From Guillardia theta CCMP2712 (taxonomy: Eukaryota > Protista > Cryptophyta): a stretch of DNA of 64,000 nucleotides. Below the pieces are notes generated by a model that saw only the letters and a list, made by a program, of their open reading frames with translations, was not told the DNA's origin and ran no database searches. Shown piece after piece: positions 52,250-61,002 of this stretch. Location of the stretch: assembly GCF_000315625.1 (NCBI RefSeq), contig NW_005434615.1, positions 192,852-256,851 of the forward strand, read 5' to 3'. Each line of letters starts with the position of its first letter. Positions within the stretch are counted from its first letter, which is position 1. Position numbers and translations under genes: made by a program.

Positions 52250-52623
52250 ATGTAGAGAAGAATAAAACTGATTCCTTGTCGTGGTTGCGTGAGAGAGGAG
52301 GGGGAGGGGCATGGCCAGCGGGGGAGGGAGCAAGAACTAGGAAGAGAAAGCAGCAGCACCAGGAGGCCTCCGGGCTGGCCTCAGGGAGCCTGCAATATAT
52401 GAAATGAAAGTTGTGTCGGGGCGCAGGTCGGGGCGGGGAGGGAGCAGGGAGGGGAGCAGGGCGGGAGGGGAGGGGAGTAGAAGGGGAAGTAGAAGAGTTC
52501 AGGAGCAGGAGGACGAGGAAAGTAACTTCAGGATAGGCAAGAGGACAGCGAGAGGGAGGAGGGGGGAAAGCGGGGGGGAGGCACAAGCGTGCAACGGCTG
52601 ATGCTCCTTGGACTTCAGGTGGC

Positions 52624-55223
52624 ATGCGATGGTTCGGGAAGCACCACGAGGACGCGGATGAGGAGGGAGAGGAGCTCGTGAACCTGCTGCAGACTGTAGA
52701 GGAGGCGCATAGCGGCAACCCCGAGCATGTGGCCGAGGAGGAGCAAGAGGCTCGAAACTTGCCCAGGAGGAGGGGGGACGACGAGCCAGCGAGGCATCAG
52801 GGCTTTCCTACCGTTGACTGGAATCACTACAGAAGTTTGGCAAGAGAGCATGAGCAGCGAGTCAAGCAGAGCATCCGAAGATGGTCGCCTCCTCTCAAGC
52901 ATGCCTACCTCGCTTACGAGGCTGCTCAAAGTTGGATCGCACTGGGGCTGGTTGGAGTTCTGTGCGGAGGAATCGCTTCCATGCTTGACATCGGCACAGA
53001 CTGGATGTCAGACCTCAAGTTCGGCATGTGTACTCGAGGCTTTTGGATCTCTCGATCGACTTGCTGTGTGGAGAGCAGAGAGAGCGAGGGGTGCGAGCAC
53101 TGGAGGGCGTGGGGAGCAGGAGGGCTCCTCAACTTCCTCGCGTATTCGCTGATCGCATGCGGCATGGCGTGCCTCTCCGCCTTCATCTCCCGCCTCTCTC
53201 CCTTCTCCGCAGGCAGCGGCCTGTCTGAGATCAAAGTGGTCATGAGCGGGTTCGAAGTCCCAGGGCTGCTGGACGCCTGGACCCTCGTGACCAAGGCGGT
53301 TGCTCTCATGCTCGCTGTGGGCTCCGGCATGAGCGTAGGCAAGGAAGGGCCCTTCATCCACATTGCCATGATAGTCGCCAACGTCTCTGCCGTCTTGTTC
53401 TCCAAGTTCAGGAACAATGAGGGGAGGAGGCGAGAGCTGCTCTCGAGCGCGGCTGCGGCTGGGGTTGCAGTGGCGTTCGGAGCGCCGATAGGTGGAGTCT
53501 TGTTTAGGTGAGGAGGAGGAGGAGGTATGGAGGTATGGAAGGCTCTGAGAGACTCCCGTGGCAGCATGGAAGAGGTCTCCTCCTACTTCCCTGCCAAGAC
53601 GCTCTGGCGATCGTTCTGGTGCGCCATCGTAGCCGTGCTGACGCTTCAACGATTGAATTTCTACGGGACAGAGAAGCTCGTAAGCATGTTCCCTTGCTCC
53701 GTGCTTACCTGATCTTGCTGCTCCTCGCGCTGCTGCTGCCGTCGCAGGTGATGTTCGAGGTTCAGTACCATCACAACTGGAAGTGGTTCGAGATGGGTCC
53801 CTTCCTCTTGCTCGGAGTGCTGGGAGGGCTGATCGGTTGGATCTTCAACACTTCACATCATGCGCTGCTGGAGCTGCGAAGATTGAGAGTGAGATGTGTA
53901 GATGATGTTTGTTATGAGTTGACTGTCTTGCTCAGGGTATGCACAACTTCCCAATCAAGGAGACCCTGATTGTCAGCCTCGTAACGTCACTTATACACTA
54001 TCAGGTTCAGTCACGGGACGTGCCTTTTTTTCTCTTTCCTAATGCTCTGGTTTTAGAGTTCCTTTCTGCGAACAAGCTCCACAGACATGCTGGGAGCTCT
54101 CTTTGCCGACTGCAATACGAGATTCCACCTGACTCAGTCTCTTTGTCAAGACTCAGCTGTCATCATTGCGGCAAGTCCTCCTGCTCTTGTCTAGCTTGAC
54201 TCATCTCTCTCCACTACCAGGAGCTTCTCCTCTGCGCGCTCATCAAGATTCCGTACGTCCTACCACTGATCTCTCCTCAGTCCTCGCTCCTCCTGTTCCT
54301 CGTCCTGCTCCTCCTGCATGCTGATCCTCTCCTCTTCGCAGCCTTACGGTCTGGAGCTGCACGAGTCCTGTCCCCGGCGGCATTCTCATTCCCTCCTTGT
54401 GCATCGGCTCCCTGCTCGGTCGCGCTGTCGGACTCATCGTCGATGCGACGAGGAGGTGGGTAGGAGACTCCGGCATCTTCAGCGTCTGCAGGAAGACGAC
54501 GAGCTGCATCACCCCGGGGGTCTACGCCATAGTGGGAGCTGCTTCCGTCCTTGCTGGTGTGACCCGCATCACCGTCTGTCTCGTCGTCATCATGCTCGAG
54601 ATCACGGGAGGGCTCGAGTACGTCCTCCCCGTCATGGCTGCCGTCATGGTGAGCAAGTGGACGGGTGACGCGCTGGGGAGGAGGACGGTGTACGAGAACG
54701 TGATCGAAGAGAAAGGGTATCCTTTCCTGGACAACAAGCACGATCCTATCAAGAACTTGGGGGCAGCAGACAAGCTGGTCGGGGAAGAGGACAAGCTTCG
54801 TTTCCTCTCCCTCGTCAGCACCACCGCTAGAGATATTCGTGAGACCCTCGCCTCCTGTGCTTATCGAGGGTTCCCCGTCGTCCACAGCGAGGAGGAGATG
54901 ACAGTCGCTGGGTACATCACACGCGAGAGCCTCGAGGTCCCGTTCGCTCCTGACGTCAAGTCACTGACCCGAGGCTGCAGGAGATCTTTCAGGAGGGTGA
55001 CGATGACATCTCCCAGTCTCTTGTCAGGAAGATGGCGACTCGCGTGATCCAGGTGGACGCAGCTGCCCCTCTTGACTTCGTCCAGGATCTCTTCCTGACC
55101 ATGGGGCTACGATACGTCCTCGTCGTGAGGAAGTCAAAGCTGGTGGGGATCATCAAGAAGAAGGATCTGATACGCCACATCCACAGCTCACACAAGGGTG
55201 ACACGTCACACGTTGTACATTAA
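52624..55223 (+). CDS. CLC-family chloride/proton antiporter (ClC-3/4/5, Gef1-like) with CBS domains
   Basis: WMSDLKFGMC...FWISRSTCC, GSGLSE, GKEGPFIH, AGVAVAFGAPIGGVLF/SMEE, PGGILIP, ITPGVYA, GVTRITVCLVVIMLEITG, GYPFLD, and CBS segments RGFPVV and LVGIIKKKD. Confidence 0.95.
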
Positions 55224-55270
55224 AACTTGACATCCACTACATGTCCTCATGCTATCAGAGCATGTTATCT

Positions 55271-56023
55271 TCACTCTCTCCTCATCTTCTTGCTCGGAAC
55301 GCTCCTGGGCGCTGTCTTTGGCGCCTCCTTCCTTTTTACTTCTGGCGTTTTTGATTTACCTTGCGTTGCCGATCCTTTAGTGCTCGTTGGCTCGGAACTT
55401 CCATTATTCTTCTTGCCTGCCTTGTTGCTGGTCATTGTCTTTTCGCTCGTTTTGCCAACTGTTCTCCCGCCGTTTCTGTCCTTGTCATCTTCATCCTTCT
55501 TCTCACTCCTTGCTTCTCCTTTACTCACATGCGCTTTCTTGCCTGTTGACTTCTCGCCCTTTCCATCCTTCTCAGCCTGAGGCGTTTGAGGGTTTTGCTG
55601 CTTGTTTTCTCTGTCCTTCTTTAGGGGATATTTGTGCTGACCCCATACGTGACCTTTCTTCTCGCGCTCCTCCTTCTTCCTGGCAAGACGTCGTTCCTTT
55701 TTCCGCTGGTTCTTCTCCTTCAGGTGGGCTATGGCCTCAGGTGTCCTCGAAGCTTTCTTTTCGTTGAGCTCATGCTGTCTAGTCTTCTTCAGGTGCTTCT
55801 TGCTTGCAAGGTGTACGTTCAGTTGCTCCTCGTCCTTCAACGTTCGGTTGCAGAGAGTACATGTAATCGGAAACTTGGTGGTAGAATCGCCGGGCTCTGC
55901 ATCCTCATCCCCTTCATCATCACTATCTTCTTTTCCGTTCTCGTCAGAGTCAGATGATCCCTGCTGTTTCCCCTGTTTGGAAGTTCCAACTTTGGCCTTC
56001 TTTCCTTTCTGCGATTTAATGTT

Positions 56024-56080
<57 letters not shown>

Positions 56081-56218
56081 ATCATCGTTGTCCTCCTCCT
56101 CCTCCTCATCCTCATCCTCCTCCTCTGACAATTCCTCCTCTTCTGACTCTGACGTGTCGCCAAGCTCATCCGCCAGCGCACCCTTGGACAGCTTCTTGGC
56201 ATTGCGATACATCGACAT
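55271..56218 (-). CDS. Intronless acidic/basic protein with a single U1/JAZ-type C2H2 zinc finger
   Basis: CTLCNRTLKDEEQLNVHLASKKH, a long D/E tract encoded by (GAGGAC)n, and a Lys-rich C-terminus. Confidence 0.8.
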
Positions 56219-57694
56219 GGTCGCACGTGCCCTTTCGGGACTCTTCCCCGCTCAGGCCCATTTGACTCGAAGTGACTCGACTCAGCAGTCGACTCAGTGA
56301 ATCTCAGTGTCCGGAACTCGCCGGCAGCGCCTGAACGCCGAGGGGCCCGCCTCGACTGAGCGGGCCCTCAGTCCGGGGCGGGTGCCGACTGCACCCCCGG
56401 GGGAAGAGGTTTCGATCCGATCGGGCGCCACAGACTCTCTTCATTTGTTTACTCAAAATTAAGTTAAAAATCAGTACGTGGACGATCAGTTCAGTAGGTT
56501 GCGAGCCTCCGTATCATCCGATCGTACCGGCCAGTAGATTTTATTTTTTACCCCGGGGCTTATCGAACCCACCCCCCACCCCCCACCACCCCCAGGCTAA
56601 GTTTCAAGTTTATAACGGCTATTTCTCTGCTACCGGCGAGCCTCTGATGACCCTACCCTCACGTGAACGAGATTTAGCACGGTACCGTGTAAAAACGTGA
56701 TGAAGGACCCGGTACTTCTCCTTTTCCCACACACTCTCAAAGCCTGTAACTGCTGAACGTGTTGGGATGTTTGGGGGACTGGACTACTGACCTACAACTG
56801 AGTAGGGGTGTTTACATACCCCACCCACCCTCATGTGATGGAAGTAATCCGTTATGTCAACAGGGGTAGTCTTGTGGGTGCGGCATCGAGCCTCAGCGGC
56901 TGGAGGGATCGATCCCGTGAGGGAACTGGTGGGGTAGCGGTCAAGTAGACAATGCAAACTTGGATGGACCAGATGACATACCGATAATCATTTAGTACCT
57001 TACTTAAAGACTGTCACACCCACACCATCATGTTCCACACTCTGAGGCTCCAACCACCCACCCTCTGTAAATCATCCTGGATCCTACCCACTTCGCTCTC
57101 GGTAGGCTTTAACCCCACCCCACCCTTACTATCTTCTCGCCTCACTCACCGACACTACTGTTAGGCACTACCCCATCCTACCCCACCCCTCATGAGGTCT
57201 CTATCCTGGGGTTACATATGAAAATGGACTCGGTATGACAGGGTAGCACCAGCCCCCGATTCTCTCTCTACTACCCCTGACGGGCGACCCCAGAGGTCCC
57301 CTCGGTCCCCTCTGAGTTCCCCATCATGCCGTACCCCACCCCCATCCAGTGTCGTCATTCAATGCTGACTCCTCTATTGTCCCACCCCAGGCGTGCACCC
57401 GAACACACGTCCATACCACCCCATGGTCAACCCACCCCTACCCCTAGAATGTCTGAAGTCCAGTAACAAATCCGTTTGCCGCGACTGATCAGCGCGGCCC
57501 TACACTACCCCCCTTGCACCCCCTACCCCACCCCGTCCAGTCTATCGCGTACCAGTTACATTTCTCCTCTTTTCTCAACCCCACCCCCATATGAAAATGT
57601 CTACCCCCAATCTGACTGCCAACTCCACCCCACCCCCAACCCCCCACCCCTTCATTCTCCCCCTCTCAGCGCTAAAATCGCATCCCTGTGAAGC

Positions 57695-58200
57695 ATGCAG
57701 CAGCCATACTCTTACCCCGACATGTCCGCCTTCCAGCCCTCCGTCCTCCCCGGCCAGTTCCCTAGCTTTGCTCAGGCTCCTATCCAGGGAACTCCTATTG
57801 CTCAGTTCCCTATCCAGGGCGCTCCTGTGGCCTCGTTCGCTCAGGGAGCTCCTGTTGCTTCCTACCCCCAGGTTCTTCCTTCCTATGGCGTTCCTACCAT
57901 CGATGCCTCTAGCTACTTGAGCGCTCCATTCAACCAGCCAATGGCTGCTACAACTCCCATGCTCCCTTTTGTTCAGAGTGCCAACGGACAGCCTGAATTC
58001 TACTTGGATCCTAACCAGGTCTCGAGCGGATACATCGCCGAGCACAATGCGATCATCATGCCCAAGGGATTTATGACCAAGGTACTATATATGTCTGCTT
58101 CACCGGAGCTCTTTCTGAAATGTTGTGATCTCTGCAGGATGAGTACGCCAAGAGAAGAGCTCAGCAGGAGGCTGCCGCTAGGGCTGCCGCCAAGGCCTAA
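57695..58200 (+). CDS. Small Gln/Pro/Ala-rich hypothetical protein with 9-aa repeats
   Basis: MQQPYSYP...QGTPIAQFPIQGAPVASFAQGAPVASYPQ. GT-AG intron 58082-58137 joins FMTK to DEYAKRRAQQEAAARAAAKA* (TAA 58198-58200). Confidence 0.7.
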
Positions 58201-58510
58201 AGGACCCAGCGGGATCCTGTTGCTTGCCCGTTGCCGCTCTCCAAATTTTTTAGTTTAGGCAAAAGAAACAAGTGGAAGTAGTCGTCTGCTTGATGGCGTG
58301 ATATTGTCGTGATTTGATTGTTCGCTATCGTTGTACGTTCTTCGATGATGCTGAATCATCAGGTTTGATTTAATCACGAATCGTAATCATCTTTGAAATG
58401 AATAAAGCAATATATAATTCCCCTCCTCTTGCTACTGTCTTCATGGCAATGTCACTCTTGACGTTTACTTTCTCAACAATGAAAAAATGCTAATCTGGTG
58501 ACTGTCCACG

Positions 58511-60587
58511 TCAACTCCCGTTGGTCGTCATTTTGCTCAGGGCAGTGGATGCAGCTTGTCGCCTGCAAGAAGGAGAAATTGGACCTCAGTGTATTCGTAG
58601 AAGCAGGAGGGTGTCAACCATCACCTCGCAGCAGCTTTGCTCCTTGCTTGCCCCACTCCCAACAAATTTCCTCCTGACATGAAGACTCCGACCACGAACT
58701 GCATGTCAGCAGCTGAAAAGAGCAGTAAGTACGTAAGAGGAATGATCAATGGTCATCACTGTTATTGTTTTGGGAGATCTCCTTGAGCACTTTATACTCA
58801 GGCTCCTCCTGGAATCTCTTCTGCATCACTTTCTGCAGCTCTGAGATTGGATCCCAGTCCTTTCCATGCTTCTCTTTCCAACTTGGAGAATCTGAGAGAC
58901 AATCAGAGCAATTACTGCCAAGTCCTGACTTTGAATGGCAAACGTTGATACCGAGTATATACTCCAAGTTGGGGACTACATCCTTATGCACAAACTCCAT
59001 CGCGGCGTCAACTCCTTTGTCTGGCACTTCTTCCTCACCCTCGTTCACCATCTCACAAGATCTCACCTAATGCCACAACCGCGACAAGAGCTTCAGCACA
59101 ATTGGCTGAAAACTGCAGAGGAATAATTCAGGAAGTTTCATCCTCGTCAGCAACAACAAACCTGATACAAAGCTTTGTTCCAGCGGGCAGCCTGAATGAA
59201 AATTCAAAGACAGTGTCAGGTTGACATTCTGTAAAGTGGCAAAAATATAACCACGGGAGCTTCCAATTCTTGCCTGTCTCTCCGTTCTCTGATCATCAGC
59301 ATTTCGGAGTGGGCAAACAGCAAGACTGGAGAAATCTTCCAGATATCTGTCGCCATAATTCCCAAGAGCTGAAAGAGTGAACGTGAATTGTGCTCAGCAG
59401 GGTCATGTCTTCTTCACCTCGTTGTTCTCGAGCATACTACGACGAATACTAGTGTCTTTCAGCTTCCCTTCTGGTGACTTGAAAACAAAGTCACCTCTGG
59501 TAAGCGGGAAAGCTATCGTCCTAACCTCTTTCATTATGCCGTAGCTGATTGACATCTTTAGGATCGCATCTCCCAAGAATTCAAGGCCTGGACATTCACA
59601 TGAAATCAAAAGCTCAAAATTCATACGAAATGATCAACACGATGATGCACCAACCTCCGTTTCCTTGGTGTATGAGGGGAGAATCCATGAACAATGCATC
59701 TGAGATCCGCTCTCGATCAACACGGACACTATCAATGTCTCGCAGTTTGCGAACACGACCAGTTCCCCTGAGATCAAGGGTGTCAATGATCGTCAGCAGA
59801 TTACATCATGCATGACATTGTGTGAAAAGTATCTACCTTTTCAACCATGAAACGTGCATGAATGCAATCAAAAGCAGCAATTTGCGATCGATGGTAATGT
59901 CCGAATTTTTAAAGATCCTTGAGAAAGAGAAACTTTCAGACGCGAAGAGTGAAGCCGAACAAGAGAAACCTTTTCTCTACACTCATCAAATTTTGCATGT
60001 AATCCTTGGGAAGGGGACATATTCTCAACGCTGTCTCCAACTTTCCAAGACAAAAAAAAGACAAAAAAAAGATCGGTTCAGCACTGACAAAAAGAACACC
60101 ATTGCGCTCACATTGTCCAATGCATTGTCCTTCAGACACCAGCTGTCAAAGGTATTTTCGACCCTTGAAACTACTATCAGTTTCATGTCAACGTCAGCAT
60201 TGCATTACCCATTGCGCTTCCCTTCCATGCATCGTTTCCTCTGCCTTGCAATCTCTTGCTGTGTCATGAAATCATTACACAAACATAGAGAACGAGAGCA
60301 CAGTGAGGAAGAAGACAACAACCACAAGAAGCTTTTACCCCCCTCTCATTACCTGCAACATCTCGCAAGAGACAATTGACGGCCACTTGAACTCATGGTC
60401 AGGCCATCTGTGCTGCAAGTGAGTCTTTGGGTGTATCATCTCCCTCCCCTTACTGTGCAATCGAAGGGAAGCTTGCCATGCTCCTGCAGACAGGCATGAT
60501 CAAGCTGCTCCCCCTCTCTTCTCCGGCCCTCCACAGCTTCCTCGCCATCGTCGCCCTCAGCGTCCCTCGCAAGGCGAAGCATGCCAT
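58511..60587 (-). CDS. RNase III domain + dsRBD protein, possibly organelle-targeted
   Basis: LIAFMHVSW, LEFLGDAILKMSIS, SPEGKL, SANCAEALVAVVAL; dsRBD DPISELQKVMQKRFQEEPEY...FVVGVF...GVGQARSKAAAR/RQAASTAL. Arg-rich leader MACFALRGTLRATMARKLWR. Confidence 0.85.
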
Positions 60588-61002
60588 TGCTCATGCAAAG
60601 AAGATGCACTACTATCTAGCTGTTTAACCCGGTGCAGCCTGCAGTGGGTGCCGGCCGGGCCGCAGCGGCCCCGGCCGCCTCAGAGTGAGGAAGACGAATA
60701 ACGGACTTCATAAACAATAGTCAAATACCATAACGGTAAATAACGGATGTAACGGGCGCACTGAGAGTAATATGATGCCCTCCGACCAAGAGGCGTCGCA
60801 CCAGTCATGGCGTGTCCGATGAGTCCCTTGGTAGAGGATCGGCGGCGATGAGGTGGAACCTGAGGAAGCAGGAGGCCTCGTAGCCTTCTAGAGGATGCAC
60901 CCAACGTCGTTGAAGCTCAGAGCAGTACCCAGAGACTGTTGCAAGTCAACAGTCTGACCAGGTCGACAAACGAAAGGTTAGAAATTGTCAAAGGACGGGG
61001 AG

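Noticed and set aside
52926-53649. Long antisense ORFs opposite the CLC, Sec14, MFS, PDE12 and Ig-repeat genes
   Set aside because: Expected shadow ORFs of GC-rich coding sequence, with no independent motifs.
19027-60587. PDE12, Rsm22 and RNase III as an organellar RNA-processing gene cluster
   Set aside because: They are 14-20 kb apart and separated by unrelated housekeeping genes; chance is sufficient.
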